From assembly GCA_039194325.1 (NCBI GenBank), contig JBCCWC010000006.1:64001-128000 (forward strand): DNA of 64,000 bases, in the 5' to 3' direction. Position 1 is the first letter of the stretch. Every line of letters starts with the position of its first letter. This DNA is from Myxococcota bacterium (lineage in GTDB: Bacteria > Myxococcota_A > Polyangia > Nannocystales > Nannocystaceae). Position numbers and translations under genes: made by a program. The notes below the pieces were generated by a model. That model made no database searches. It saw only the letters and a program-made list of their open reading frames with translations, and was not told where the DNA came from. Positions 18,500-29,383 of the stretch are shown here, piece by piece.

Positions 18500-18786
18500 G
18501 GAAGGGCAATCGCGAGAATAGCAAGATGGATGCGGACGTGCCGTGCCCCACGCACCAAACCGTTCGAGGGCCCAGCAAGCGGCCGCCGTCGTACGCGCGC
18601 GTGGCGCTGGCCGCCTGCGGCGGCACGTCCCCGGGGTGGAACGCTGTCAGCGCGGGCCGGGTCCGGCGTGCGGCCCACTGCACAGCCCACTGCACAGCCT
18701 GCGGAATCGTGACCAACGAACGACGAGCGCACGCGCGGTGAAGGTGGCCTCGTGGAGTGGCGAGCGCCACACGAAATCACCGGTCA

Positions 18787-21700
18787 CTACTTGACGGGCT
18801 TGGTGCGCACTGTGTCCTGCTCGGGGTCGGTGGCGTCGGACTCATCGGGGTTTTCGATGAAGCTGGTGCCGAGATCTTGCTCGATGCGAGCCAACGCCTC
18901 TTGCGCCCAATGGGCCAAGGACAGCTCGTTGGCGGCGTGGAAATCGGCGAGCATCTCCTCGAGCTCACGCCGGGCCCGAGCGCTCTGTCCGAGCATGTGC
19001 GCAACCTCGGCGTCGAGCAGCCGCAATTGCTGCACGGCGAGGTGCTCGCCCTGGATCTGCATCATGCCGTCCTTGGCCTCGCCGAGCATGGCGGCGCCCT
19101 CCTCGACCTCGCCCCGACGCGCCATCACGTAGCCCAAAAAACCGCGGTTGAGGTGGACGTGGTAGTCGAAGCCATAAACGCTGGCCAGACGGATCGACTC
19201 GCGAAAGGCCTGCTCGGCGAGCGCGAGATCGTCGTTGCGCAGCCGCAGATCCCCCAGGTTGTGCAGCGGGGTGAGCAACAGCCGCGACATCTTCGAGGCG
19301 CGGATCTCCTCGAGCGCTCTCTCGGTCTCGGGGATCGCTCGCTCGGGATCGCCCCCGAGTACCGCGAGGTAGGCGATCCCCGACAGGTAGCTCTGCCGCT
19401 GCACGACGGGCACCCGGGCGGCGATCGGCTTGGCGGCGTCGTGAAGCCGGCGCGCTTGGCCTAGCTGCCCCGACAAGGTCAGACATCGCAAGCGCACGCC
19501 CATGATGTGGCACTTGTCGACCTCGCTGGCCCCTTCCACGTGGAGGATCGCCATGGCTTGGCGGCTCCACTCGCTGGCCTTCTCGATCTCGCCCGCGCCG
19601 AGCAAGACCTCGGCCCGCCGGTTGTCGATCCGTAGCTCGAGCGCTCGATCGTGCGCCATGCGGGCGGCCTCGGAGGCATGCTCGAGCCGCTCGAGGGCCA
19701 GCTCGATATCGGACATGGCGGTGGTGGTGTAGCGATCGACCAAGCCCAGCCAGAACAAGGCCTCGGCCCGAAAGTCACCAACGAGCTCGGCCACCAGGAT
19801 CCCGGCCTGGTAGTGGCTCATCTCGCGTCGCGGATCTTCGAGCGCGCCGGCAGCCAGGTTGAGCAGCCGCAGCTGCGCCTTGAGCAGCCGAGGCAGGGCG
19901 ACGGCCCGACCGTAGCGACGCAGGCGACGGATCAACCGCTCGAGCACCTGGGCGGCGAGCTGGGGCTGCTCGGCCTGAAACAGGGTGTCGGCGGCCTGCT
20001 CGAGGGCGTCGACCGACTCGAGGCTCTCGGAGGCGTCGTCGAGCAGACGCGCGCGCAAGAACACATAGGTGGGATCGCTGGTCTCGAGCTCCTCGATCCG
20101 GTCGGCGAGATCGAGGCGCGTCTCGTCGAGGGAATCGGCGTAGCGGCTGCGGACGGCCTCGCGCACCGACTCGTGAGCGACGGCCACGATGCTGGCCCCC
20201 GAGGCCGCGTTGCGGGTGATGAGCCCCTCCCCCTCGAGGCGGTCGAGGGTACGCTTGAACCGCTCGGCCCGAAGATCGGAGAGCGAGGCGAGCTGCTCCT
20301 CGGGCAACGGCGCCTCCACTAAATAGAGGATGCACGCGATCTCCCAGCCGGAGACGCCCAAGCCGTCGAGGCGCGACTCGGATCGCTGCGCGAGGGTCTT
20401 GTGCAGCTCGTCGGCGGCCGCCGAGGCTCCCCGCAGCACCCAGGTGTCGGCCTCGCGGACGAGGATCCCCTCTTCGATGAGCACCCGCAAGGTCTCGCGA
20501 AAGCTCAGCGGGTGGCCCCCGGTGAGCTTGTCGAGCATGATGGCGAGCTCCTTGAGGGTGGGAGTGTCGCCCAGGATGCCTTGCAGCACCGAGTACATCT
20601 CCCGGCCGGTGAAGGGACGCAGGCTCCACAGCTCGGCCACCTGGTCGCGCCCCAGACCCATGAGGATCGGGCTTATCTTGCTGTGCGGTTCGGTGGTGGC
20701 ACACAGCAGGATCGGCGCGTCGTTGTGATCGATCGCCCGACACAGCTGTTCGAAGGCGACGCGTACGGGCTCTTGAGCGCGCGACAGATCGCTCAAATGC
20801 AGCACGTAGGGGCGCTCGATCGCGGCGGCCAGCAAGAACTCGCTGAGCTGCTGCGCGGCGACCTCGGCCCCCGCGACCGAGGGCGAACGCGCCGACCGGA
20901 CGAGGCCCTTGAACCGCCGTGCAACCAGTGACCTGTCGCCGAGCGCGGTAGCCAGCTGGGTCACGACGCTGGCGAACGGCCCCAGCACGGAAGACTCGTT
21001 GCCCCAGCAGCTGCCCTGAACGAACAAGCCGTCGCCCAGCTGGATCTCGCGACGCAGCTCGGAGAGCAGGCGACCCTTGCCCATACCCTCGGGCGCCTTG
21101 ACGACCACGGTACGGATCAGCCGCGTCTTGCTGTGCACCCCCGAGTTGGCCGCTGGATCCTCGCCGATGATCACCGGCCCGTCGTCGATGGTGGTGGCCG
21201 CGGCGGCTTCGTCGAACTCGTCGGCAGCCGGCTCCCCGCCCTCGCCGGTTGTCGAGCTGGCAGAGCGCTCGGCGTGGTCGACCCCGACACCCGAGCCGAG
21301 CGTGCTGCGACCGACGATATCGGAGGCCTTGTCGAGCAAGAGCTCCAAGTAGTGGGCTCGGTCGACGAAGGGGAGGTGCTCGACGAGCATTCGCGCGAAT
21401 TCGCGCCGATCTCGGGCGCTCTGCTGGCGATCGCGCAGATGGCTGGCCTCGCGGCGCAGAAGCTCGAGCACGATGCTCCGCGCACTCTGGGGGCGCCGGT
21501 TGGGATCGGGCTGGAGCATGCGACCGACCAGCTCGGCCACCACCGGGCCGGTTTGCTGCAACAGCGAGCCCGCCAGCTCGGGTCGCCAGTCCCGCTGAGC
21601 TCGCAGCACCTCCTTGAAGGTCTTGCCGGAGAAGGGTTTTTGCCCCCCGCGTGCGGCCGCATAGATGGTGGCGGCCAGCGAGTAGATGTCGGAGCGACCA

Positions 21701-22491
21701 TCGGGTGCCTGGCCCCGCACCTTCTCGGGGGCCGAGAACCCCGGGGTGCCCAGCACCATGATCGGCGCGCCTCCGGGTAGATCGTCGGAGGGCACGGGTT
21801 CGGGCTCGCGAAGCATGCGGGCCAAGCCAAAGTCGATCAGCTTGGCCTGGGGTACACCGCCCCCACTCCCGGCCGAGACGACCAGGACGTTGGAGGGCTT
21901 GATGTCGCCGTGCACCAAACCCAGGGCGTGGAGGTAGTCGAGCGCCCGGGCCAGCTGGACCAAGACCTCCACCACCATCTCGCGGGTGGCCTGGCGCAGA
22001 AAGTCGGTGAGCTCCCGACCGTCGACCAGCTCCTGCGTAAAGTAGAAGCTGTCGTTGCCGTCACATCGCCCAAAGTCGTAGACCGCGGCCAAATTCGGGT
22101 GATGAAGCTGGGTCAGCAGCCGAAATTCGTCCTTGAACGCCTGCGCGACGTTGTCCCCCCCGTGGGTGCTGGGAGGGCCAAAGCTACGGGTCACGTGCCG
22201 CCGCACCACCCGGCTCAGATCGGCAATGGCGTGCGCCGAGCTGTCGTAGGCCTGGGTAAGCCGGGGATCGGTCGCCATGTCGCGGCGGATCAACTTGACG
22301 GCGACCGAGCGCTCCTCGAGCTCGTCGTAGGCCTCATAGACTGCACCAAATCCTCCCTTGCCCAGCAAACCGAGAACCCGATAACGGCCCGCGATCCGGC
22401 TGGGCACGGGACGCGCGGACTCGGAATCGCTGACCGCCTGCGCAGCGTCATCGTTGACTTCCGGTGATGTCATCGGGCTCACGGAGCTCAC
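18787..22491 (-). CDS. Ser/Thr kinase-AAA/STAND-like ATPase-TPR protein
   Basis: LGKGGFG, HGDIKPSN, DFG and GTPGFSAPE. P-loop APEGMGKG, TGGHPL motif, helical C-terminus. Confidence 0.9.
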   Translation of the reverse strand: MSSVSPMTSPEVNDDAAQAVSDSESARPVPSRIAGRYRVLGLLGKGGFGAVYEAYDELEERSVAVKLIRRDMATDPRLTQAYDSSAHAIADLSRVVRRHVTRSFGPPSTHGGDNVAQAFKDEFRLLTQLHHPNLAAVYDFGRCDGNDSFYFTQELVDGRELTDFLRQATREMVVEVLVQLARALDYLHALGLVHGDIKPSNVLVVSAGSGGGVPQAKLIDFGLARMLREPEPVPSDDLPGGAPIMVLGTPGFSAPEKVRGQAPDGRSDIYSLAATIYAAARGGQKPFSGKTFKEVLRAQRDWRPELAGSLLQQTGPVVAELVGRMLQPDPNRRPQSARSIVLELLRREASHLRDRQQSARDRREFARMLVEHLPFVDRAHYLELLLDKASDIVGRSTLGSGVGVDHAERSASSTTGEGGEPAADEFDEAAAATTIDDGPVIIGEDPAANSGVHSKTRLIRTVVVKAPEGMGKGRLLSELRREIQLGDGLFVQGSCWGNESSVLGPFASVVTQLATALGDRSLVARRFKGLVRSARSPSVAGAEVAAQQLSEFLLAAAIERPYVLHLSDLSRAQEPVRVAFEQLCRAIDHNDAPILLCATTEPHSKISPILMGLGRDQVAELWSLRPFTGREMYSVLQGILGDTPTLKELAIMLDKLTGGHPLSFRETLRVLIEEGILVREADTWVLRGASAAADELHKTLAQRSESRLDGLGVSGWEIACILYLVEAPLPEEQLASLSDLRAERFKRTLDRLEGEGLITRNAASGASIVAVAHESVREAVRSRYADSLDETRLDLADRIEELETSDPTYVFLRARLLDDASESLESVDALEQAADTLFQAEQPQLAAQVLERLIRRLRRYGRAVALPRLLKAQLRLLNLAAGALEDPRREMSHYQAGILVAELVGDFRAEALFWLGLVDRYTTTAMSDIELALERLEHASEAARMAHDRALELRIDNRRAEVLLGAGEIEKASEWSRQAMAILHVEGASEVDKCHIMGVRLRCLTLSGQLGQARRLHDAAKPIAARVPVVQRQSYLSGIAYLAVLGGDPERAIPETERALEEIRASKMSRLLLTPLHNLGDLRLRNDDLALAEQAFRESIRLASVYGFDYHVHLNRGFLGYVMARRGEVEEGAAMLGEAKDGMMQIQGEHLAVQQLRLLDAEVAHMLGQSARARRELEEMLADFHAANELSLAHWAQEALARIEQDLGTSFIENPDESDATDPEQDTVRTKPVK

Positions 22492-22845
22492 GAACGGTAT
22501 GGCAGGGCTACGAAATCGCGCAGACTGTAACTACAGGCACGCAAGCGGACAACCGTCATGTCGTCACCCGGGCACGGCATGGAGCTAGTGACGGATTATT
22601 CGGTTTCGGTCATAGAGATTGCTTGGATTTCGATGAAGGTAAGCCATCCGATCGCAGCACGCCGAAGCGACGGCGTTCACAAAGTGTAGGAGATCATGCG
22701 CCCTTTCGCCCTTGAAAAGCGAGCGATGGCCTCGAATGCCAGCCTAGCGCACATAAAGAGGCGATGCGCGGGTCCGAATGGGCCTACGCGGACGTGCGAG
22801 CGGTCAGGGTTTCCGCTCAAATTCCCAAGAGATCGCGTGAACGAT

Positions 22846-23670
22846 TCATCGGCGAGGACCCCAGTCGGGGATCTTACCGTCTCGGATCGCGGTGAAGCCC
22901 GCCCGGCCGATCGCAGCCTCTCCGGTGTCGACGGTGTGCTCGTAGGCCCGGGCCTCGCTGTCGAGACGCACGGCCTCGGGCTGGCCCAGACTGTCGAGGA
23001 GCGCCCGCTTGTAGGCGGCCACTGCCGTGGGCGAGCGCTTGCGGAGGCGCTCGGCGAGGGCCTGCGTGCGGGCCAGCCCCGCGTCCACGTCGTCGACGAC
23101 CTCCTGGACCAGGCCGATCCGTAGCGCCTCGTGAGCATCGATCGTCTCGCCGGTGCAGCCCAGCCGTAGCGCCTGGGCGGGACCGACCTGCCGGGCCAGC
23201 TCGGCGGTCCCGCGGGCACCCGGCACGATGCCCAGGCCGGTCTCCGGGAGCCCGAAGCTGGCGGTGGGCGTGGCCAGGCAGTAGTCGGCGGTAAGCAGGA
23301 ACTCGGTGCCCCAACCCAGGGTGACTCCGTGGCTGAGGGCCACGGTGAACAGGGGCAGCCGCCGGAGCCGGCGCATCAAGGCGCGCTGCCGCAGCACATG
23401 GGCCTTGACGCGCGGGTCATCCCAGCCAGCACGCTCGGTGACGTTGGCGCCGGCGATGAAGATCGGTCGACCCTTCTTCGACACCCTCCGGCTGGTGGTG
23501 AGCAGGCAACCGACCGCCGCGTCCGACTCGAGCAGCGCACACAGGTCGGTGAGCGCTTCGAGCTGCTCGGTCCCCATCTCGTTGGCCTTGCCATGATCGA
23601 GCGAGAGCACCAGCAAGCGACGCTCGGGGTCATGATGAGGGTGGAGCGCGGCGATGGAGGACAGATCCAT
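22846..23670 (-). CDS. Enoyl-CoA hydratase/isomerase family protein
   Basis: FIAGAN, LGWGTEF, FGLPETGLGIVPG and TGETIDAHEALRIGLV. Confidence 0.9.
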   Translation of the reverse strand: MDLSSIAALHPHHDPERRLLVLSLDHGKANEMGTEQLEALTDLCALLESDAAVGCLLTTSRRVSKKGRPIFIAGANVTERAGWDDPRVKAHVLRQRALMRRLRRLPLFTVALSHGVTLGWGTEFLLTADYCLATPTASFGLPETGLGIVPGARGTAELARQVGPAQALRLGCTGETIDAHEALRIGLVQEVVDDVDAGLARTQALAERLRKRSPTAVAAYKRALLDSLGQPEAVRLDSEARAYEHTVDTGEAAIGRAGFTAIRDGKIPDWGPRR

Positions 23671-23711
23671 AGCCGGCGACTCTACTGGGTCGACCGACGA
23701 GGGTCGAGCGC

Positions 23712-24299
23712 TCAGGGCGGGAGGCGGTCGAGATCTTCGGGGCGATCGAGGTTGTCGAGCACGGCGGGGTCCTCCACGGCCAGCGACCGACGACGAGCGG
23801 CCACCTCGGGTCGCGCCAGCAAGGTGCGGGGCGTTTGTGGCGGGGCGAGCTCGACCAGCGCGGGCACCAGGTCGGCCGGGTAGATGATGGGATGACCACG
23901 ACGGTCGTGGTGGCGCGGCTGCCAGATCGCGCGGGGTTCGTCGCGTACGGCGGCGACCAGCTCCCGCAGGGTCGACTCGCGCACGTGGGGGCGATCGACG
24001 GTGAGCACCAGCACTCCGGCCTCGGTGCACCCGGTGTCGAGCAGGGCCCGCAGTCCCATCTGTAGGCTCCCCAGCGGGCCCTCGGCCCACGCCTCGTTGT
24101 GCACGCGCCGGGCCCCTCCGAGCGCGACCTCGGGCAGGGGCACGGCGCCCTCGACCACGACCACCGGGCTCGCCCCCGCCGCGTGCGCTTGCTCGACGGC
24201 ATGGCGCACGAAGGGCCGACCCCGCCACCGCAGCAGCGCTTTGGGTCGGCCCATCCGGGTGGAGGCCCCGGCGGCGAGCACCACCGCGGCCAGCGTCAT
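23712..24299 (-). CDS. Nucleotidyltransferase, MocA/MobA-like
   Basis: VLAAGASTRMGRPKALL, VD.P, GHP and DNLD.PEDL. Confidence 0.88.
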   Translation of the reverse strand: MTLAAVVLAAGASTRMGRPKALLRWRGRPFVRHAVEQAHAAGASPVVVVEGAVPLPEVALGGARRVHNEAWAEGPLGSLQMGLRALLDTGCTEAGVLVLTVDRPHVRESTLRELVAAVRDEPRAIWQPRHHDRRGHPIIYPADLVPALVELAPPQTPRTLLARPEVAARRRSLAVEDPAVLDNLDRPEDLDRLPP

Positions 24300-24301
24300 C
24301 G

Positions 24302-26143
24302 CTACTTCTTCTTGCTGGACTTGTTGCCGCCAGCCTTGGGCTTGGCCGCGGCTTGGGCGGCCTGGGGATCGTTGATGAACTCGCTGACCGCCTGCACCTT
24401 CTCCACGGAGGCCCGGGGTGCGAAGAGGCTGGTCTGCGGGATCACCATGCCCATGGCGGCCTGATCGGGCTCGACCTTGATGCCCGCCCCCGGCCAGCCG
24501 AACGAGTCGACCTTGCTCAGCGCGTAGATCTGTCGGCCGGCCTCCTTGGCGACCGCCTTGTCGTCGCTCTGGTCACGAGCGAGCATCAAGCGAACGCGGA
24601 AGTAACTGAGGGGATCGCCGGCCACGCAGATCTGGCAGCCACCCATGGCCTTGCGTACCCCCTCGAGCCCGGCGTTGGTGGCCAGGCTCTTGCTGCGGGA
24701 CTTGCCGAGGTTCTTGGCCACGTCGGTGACCAACCCTCGCGCTCCGGCCCCGATCGCCATGATGGCGGTGCCCTGGTCCACGTGTGAGATCGCCTCGAGG
24801 CTGTTCTTGCGCAGGAACATCTGGGCCATGCGTACGTCGGCCTGGAAGCCCTTGGGGATCTTCACGGTCAGGCGATCGGCCTTGCCCCCGGCGACCTTCA
24901 TGCCGTTGAGCTCGAGCTTGGCCGAGAACGCGCCGTCCTTGTTCTTGCCGGCCATGGTGGCCTGGGTCTCGATGCCCTCGTTGAGCACCTCGTGAACGCC
25001 CTGGAGGGCGGCTTTGGCCTTGGCTTCGTCCTTCACGTCGGCCGCGAGCACGATGGTGGCCTGGCCCTTCTTGTCCAGGTAGAGGGCGATCACCACGTCG
25101 GTGGCGATCTGATCGAGGAGCGAGTGCGCGCTGGCGACGGCTTTTTCCACCATGCCCTTGACCGGGTCGGGCACGTCGGCGATCGGCAGCGAGCCGAGCA
25201 TGGTGTGAAGCAGCGCCGGATCGCCCCACGACAGCGTCGCGGCGAACACCGGATCGGCTGGCAGCCGTGACTCGAGCGCAGTGGCCGAGGTCCGCGGGGT
25301 GCCTATAGGGCCCAGGCCCAGCTTGCTGAAGGGCGCGATCGCACCGACGGTGGTGTAGAAGTCGCGGGTGGTCCCCGCGTCGATCTCGAAGGTCACCGCC
25401 TCGAGCTGACGCAGGACCTCCGCGAGATCCTGGACCAGCTTGCTGTCGGAGGGCAGATCTTCGAGCACCGCCGCGGGGTCGATGTCGTCGACAGGAATGT
25501 TGGTGGCCTTCAGGCGGATCCGAGACGAAGACGAGGCCTCGCCGCGCAGCTTGCCGGCGGAATCGACGTCGTCGACGGAGAACCCGACCAGCAACTCCTT
25601 GCCCTGCTCGCGCATCAGCACGCGCACGGTGTCGACGGCCAGCTCCCACATACCCTCGCCCAGGGGCGAGGGGCGCTGGCTCTGCGGCATGTTGTCGATG
25701 AGCTTGCGGGCGTCGAACACGGCCATGCTCGCCGAGAGGCTGGTGTCTTCGGCGCGACCGCCATCGGCGGGGGTGGCCATCGAGAACGCATGGAGCCCGT
25801 CGAGATCGATGTTGGTGAGGAACCCGGGGCCAAAGCCCATGCCCAGCAGGTTGGCCTGGAGCTCGGCCTTGGGATCGAACGCGTCGTCCGGCATATAGCT
25901 GTCGCCGAATTTCTTGAACGCGACCATGATGTCTTCGAGGCCCTGCAGGCTGCCCGTCAGGACGAGTCGCTCGGCCGCAGGCTCGGGCTCGGTCACGCGA
26001 TCCGGGGCGTCGTCGACCGCAACGGGGGGAGCGGGCGTGACCGGAGGCTGGGTCGGTTCGGTGTTCTTCTTCTTGCCGCAGCTGGCCAGGGCCAGTGGAG
26101 CGGCCAGGGAAGCCGCGAGCAGCACGCGTCGGCACGTGGACAT
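24302..26143 (-). CDS. Hypothetical lipoprotein
   Basis: Signal MSTCRRVLLAASLAAPLALASC. High-GC3 coding frame. Stop lies 2 nt from the next start. Confidence 0.8.
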   Translation of the reverse strand: MSTCRRVLLAASLAAPLALASCGKKKNTEPTQPPVTPAPPVAVDDAPDRVTEPEPAAERLVLTGSLQGLEDIMVAFKKFGDSYMPDDAFDPKAELQANLLGMGFGPGFLTNIDLDGLHAFSMATPADGGRAEDTSLSASMAVFDARKLIDNMPQSQRPSPLGEGMWELAVDTVRVLMREQGKELLVGFSVDDVDSAGKLRGEASSSSRIRLKATNIPVDDIDPAAVLEDLPSDSKLVQDLAEVLRQLEAVTFEIDAGTTRDFYTTVGAIAPFSKLGLGPIGTPRTSATALESRLPADPVFAATLSWGDPALLHTMLGSLPIADVPDPVKGMVEKAVASAHSLLDQIATDVVIALYLDKKGQATIVLAADVKDEAKAKAALQGVHEVLNEGIETQATMAGKNKDGAFSAKLELNGMKVAGGKADRLTVKIPKGFQADVRMAQMFLRKNSLEAISHVDQGTAIMAIGAGARGLVTDVAKNLGKSRSKSLATNAGLEGVRKAMGGCQICVAGDPLSYFRVRLMLARDQSDDKAVAKEAGRQIYALSKVDSFGWPGAGIKVEPDQAAMGMVIPQTSLFAPRASVEKVQAVSEFINDPQAAQAAAKPKAGGNKSSKKK

Positions 26144-26253
26144 GCGCGGGAGGATACACTCTCGTGCCGAGGCGCCCAGCGGCCCGTGGCCGAGCACCTG
26201 TGGGTCGAAAACGCTGTCCGCGCCGCCGCGCCCGGACGACCGCCTGGCCTCTG

Positions 26254-28554
26254 CTAGATCGCTTCGCCCGGGTGCTGGGCCTGCAGCTGCGGGGGCCCCA
26301 GCGCGCGGAGCACCCGGACCAGATCGCGACGGCGAACGGGCTTGCTGATGTAGTCGTCCATCCCTACCGCGAGGCATCGCTCGCGATCGGTCGCCATCGC
26401 GTGAGCGGTCATCGCCACGATCGGCACGTGCGTGGAGTCGTCCTCGCGCCGGCGGATCTCCTTGGTGGCCTCGATGCCGTCCATCATCGGCATCTGGACG
26501 TCCATGAACACCAGATCGTAGGAGCGCGAGCCGACCCGCTCGATCGCGGCGCAGCCATCGTCGGCCATGTCGACGCGACACCCGAGGTTCTCGAGCATGT
26601 GTCGGGCCACCTCCTGGTTGATCATATTGTCTTCCACGACCAGCACGGATGCACCGGAGGCATCGGGCTGACCGGGCCGATCGGAGGCTCCGGCGGCTCC
26701 GGCGGCTCCGGGGTCGCCCGGAGCCTGAGCGATGTCGATCAGGCGGCGACCCGAGCTTCGACTGCTCCACGCCGCCGTGAGCACGCGTATCAGCTCCGAC
26801 TGGTGCACCGGCTTGACCAGGTGCGCGACACACCCGGCCTCCTCGAGCTGGGCCGGGGACACGCGGTGGGTGATCGAGCTCAGCAGGACCGGCACCGTGC
26901 CTCGCAACGCGTCGTTGTCCTTGACCGCCCGGGCTAGCGTGAGACCATCCATTCCGGGAAGGTGGGCGTCGAGGAGCATGGCCTGGGGAGCCCGACTCTG
27001 CGCACGGCGCTCTCGCAGCCGCTCGAGCGCCTGCGGACCCGATGCACAGCCTTCGGCCACCAGGCCCCACTGCCCGAGCTGCTCGCACAGAACCTCGCGG
27101 CTGAGCCGGTTGCCCTCGGCCACGAGGACCTCGAATCCGTCGAGCGCCGGCAGGTCGATCGCCGGCAGGGCGAGCGCCGGTGCCGGGGCGCTGTGTTCGA
27201 CCCCGAGCGGGAGCAAGACCCAGAACGTGGAGCCTTGGGGCTTGGAGCTCTCTAGCCCGACCTTCCCTCCCATCAGGTGCGCCAGCTCGCGGACGATGGC
27301 CAGGCCCAGGCCGGTCCCTTCGTGAATCCGAGACGCGGACATGTCGACCTGGTGGAAGTGCTCGAAGACCAGCGCCTGCTCGTCCGCGTCGATCCCGATT
27401 CCGGTGTCCTCCACCGAGCACTTGAACCACGGCGAGCCCTGCTCATGCGGGCCCTGCTCATGCGGGCCCTGGCCCTGCGGGACGAGCTCGACGGTGATCA
27501 GCACGTGCCCCTGCTGGGTGAACTTCACCGCGTTGCTGGTGAGGTTGAGCAGGATCTGCCGGATCCGCCCGTGATCCCCCACCACGCGGACCGGGGTCCC
27601 GGGAGCGAAGCGCGCGACGAGCTCCAAGCCCTTGGCCCCCGCCGGGACGACGACCTGGTCCAGGACTCCCTCGACCAGCTCGCGCAGATCGAAGGGAGCG
27701 GACTCCAGCACGAGCTGCTTGGCCTCGATCTTGGAGAAGTCCAGGATATCGTTGAGCAGATCGAGCAGGGTCACGCCGGATGCGTGGGCCATCCGAGCGT
27801 ACTCGCGCTCCTTGTCGCCTAGCTCACCGTCTAGCAGCACGCCCAGCATGCCCAGCATGCCGTTCATGGGCGTCCGGATCTCGTGGCTCATGTTGGCCAG
27901 GAATCGGCTCTTGGCCTCGGCGGCGGCCTCGGCCTGCGCGCGGGCGACATTGGCCTCCCGTAGGGCCCGGCCGCGCATCGCATCGAACGCATAGGCGCTC
28001 CCGGTGAGGAGGATCGACGCGGAGGCGGAGATGGAGGTCTGCGCCTGAATGCGGAGGACGTCGCCTTCGGTGTAGTAGGCCAGCACCACGCAGTTCATCA
28101 CGCTGACCGCACACCACAGCCACATGCTGCGGCCGCCGACCGCCAGCATGAGCAACACGGGCAAGATGACCAGCGAGACCGAGGCCTGCCCCAAGACACC
28201 ACCGGTGTCGAGACCGCCCATCAGCAGCGCGATCGAGAACAACCCGCCCATCATGTGGGCGGCCGACCGCGACGATACGCCCAACCGGATCATCACCAGG
28301 AGAGCCAGGGTGATCAGCGCGGACGAAGCGTTCACGCCCACCTGGAAGGCGTTCCTGGTGGCCACGGTGTAAGGCAGGGACAGCAGGATGACCACGAGCG
28401 CCAGCAACAAGATGCTGGTGAAGGTCCGCAGCCGACGCAGCTCGTCCCGATCCCACGCGCGTCGGTGAGGAACGATGATCCGATCGAGCAGCGTGACGAA
28501 TCGCGACGAGGGTCGTCGACGATCTCGTTCGGCCGTGTCAGGCATATCCACCAT
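26254..28554 (-). CDS. Membrane hybrid sensor histidine kinase with two receiver domains
   Basis: About 5 TM helices, H-box [16 protein letters not shown]-box [15 protein letters not shown] and GTGLGL. Two REC domains (LDAHLP, MDVQMP). Confidence 0.93.
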   Translation of the reverse strand: MVDMPDTAERDRRRPSSRFVTLLDRIIVPHRRAWDRDELRRLRTFTSILLLALVVILLSLPYTVATRNAFQVGVNASSALITLALLVMIRLGVSSRSAAHMMGGLFSIALLMGGLDTGGVLGQASVSLVILPVLLMLAVGGRSMWLWCAVSVMNCVVLAYYTEGDVLRIQAQTSISASASILLTGSAYAFDAMRGRALREANVARAQAEAAAEAKSRFLANMSHEIRTPMNGMLGMLGVLLDGELGDKEREYARMAHASGVTLLDLLNDILDFSKIEAKQLVLESAPFDLRELVEGVLDQVVVPAGAKGLELVARFAPGTPVRVVGDHGRIRQILLNLTSNAVKFTQQGHVLITVELVPQGQGPHEQGPHEQGSPWFKCSVEDTGIGIDADEQALVFEHFHQVDMSASRIHEGTGLGLAIVRELAHLMGGKVGLESSKPQGSTFWVLLPLGVEHSAPAPALALPAIDLPALDGFEVLVAEGNRLSREVLCEQLGQWGLVAEGCASGPQALERLRERRAQSRAPQAMLLDAHLPGMDGLTLARAVKDNDALRGTVPVLLSSITHRVSPAQLEEAGCVAHLVKPVHQSELIRVLTAAWSSRSSGRRLIDIAQAPGDPGAAGAAGASDRPGQPDASGASVLVVEDNMINQEVARHMLENLGCRVDMADDGCAAIERVGSRSYDLVFMDVQMPMMDGIEATKEIRRREDDSTHVPIVAMTAHAMATDRERCLAVGMDDYISKPVRRRDLVRVLRALGPPQLQAQHPGEAI

Positions 28555-28756
28555 CGAGCCGACCCGTGACCACGCGATCAATCCCGACTCCATCGAAATC
28601 TTTGCACCGAGCGACCACGGCAGCCAATGGCGAAGCTCGTCGGCCGAACCACGTAGTGGATCGGACTACAAGACTCGACGATCGAGACTCCGACGGTCGA
28701 GTTGGACCGCCCTCCCGAAACCCCTCAACTTTCGTGCATCCCTAGGTGCTGCATGC

Positions 28757-28813
28757 GCAAGACCGAGGCCGGGCGCGACGCAGTCGCGCATCCCGAGCCG
28801 GCCTCGGCATAGA
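28757..28813. repeat. Second copy of the REP-like palindromic element
   Basis: Matches 881-937 at 56 of 57 nt. Lies just downstream of the terB-like stop. Confidence 0.9.
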
Positions 28814-28817
28814 TAAT

Positions 28818-29231
28818 TCAGCCCTTTTCAAGGGCGCGGGCCAGGGCCATCGGGCTCACCAGCGCGCGGAACTCTTCGGGTGAAATTTCCAGGCCACGGG
28901 CGATCTCCAAGACGAGCCGTTCTTCTGCCCGGGGCACTTCACCGTCGGCGGTCGCGATGATGTATGCGGCGCGCACCACCGCCCGGCGCCCTTCCACGTC
29001 GAGCTCGTGGCGAGCCTGGGCCAGCAGCTCCGATAGAGGCACCGCCCGGGCCTGGACCTCGGCTACGTCGGCCTGGACCTGGTCTTCGGTGGGGGTCTGG
29101 CCGGTCAGGCGCCCCACGTTCCAGCGCAAGCGGTCGACCTCGGCCTGGTGCAGCTCACCGTCGACCATGGCCACCCGGACCATGACCCGCCTCGCCATCG
29201 TCTCGAGCGCTTGCTTGCCCACCGGCGGCAA
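28818..29231 (-). CDS. TerB family protein
   Basis: Paired VAMVDGEL..AE and IATADGEV..AE motifs. Start uncertain. Confidence 0.78.
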   Translation of the reverse strand: MPPVGKQALETMARRVMVRVAMVDGELHQAEVDRLRWNVGRLTGQTPTEDQVQADVAEVQARAVPLSELLAQARHELDVEGRRAVVRAAYIIATADGEVPRAEERLVLEIARGLEISPEEFRALVSPMALARALEKG

Positions 29232-29275
29232 TCATACCCCGCAGGCGAGAAGAACGGGGCTGGCCGAACCGGAGC

Positions 29276-29383
29276 GCTCGGCTCGACGGCGGCGACCAAG
29301 CCCGCCGCGCGGGAGTGCTCAGCTCGACGGCAGCGACCAGGCCCGCCGCGCGGGAGTGCTTAGCTCGATGGCGGCGACCAAGC
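29276..29383. repeat. 41-bp tandem repeat (~2.6 copies) that duplicates the 3' end of the MBL gene
   Basis: Units at 29276-29316 and 29317-29357, plus a partial unit at 29358-29383 that contains the gene's last codons and stop. Confidence 0.85.

Noticed and set aside
22846..24228. 460-aa ORF
   Set aside because: The 5' part overlaps the nucleotidyltransferase in another frame. The enoyl-CoA hydratase starts at 23670.
24302..27430. 1042-aa ORF from the track
   Set aside because: The N-terminal ~430 aa is an Arg/Gly-rich off-frame reading over the histidine kinase. The real gene starts at 26143 with a lipoprotein signal.
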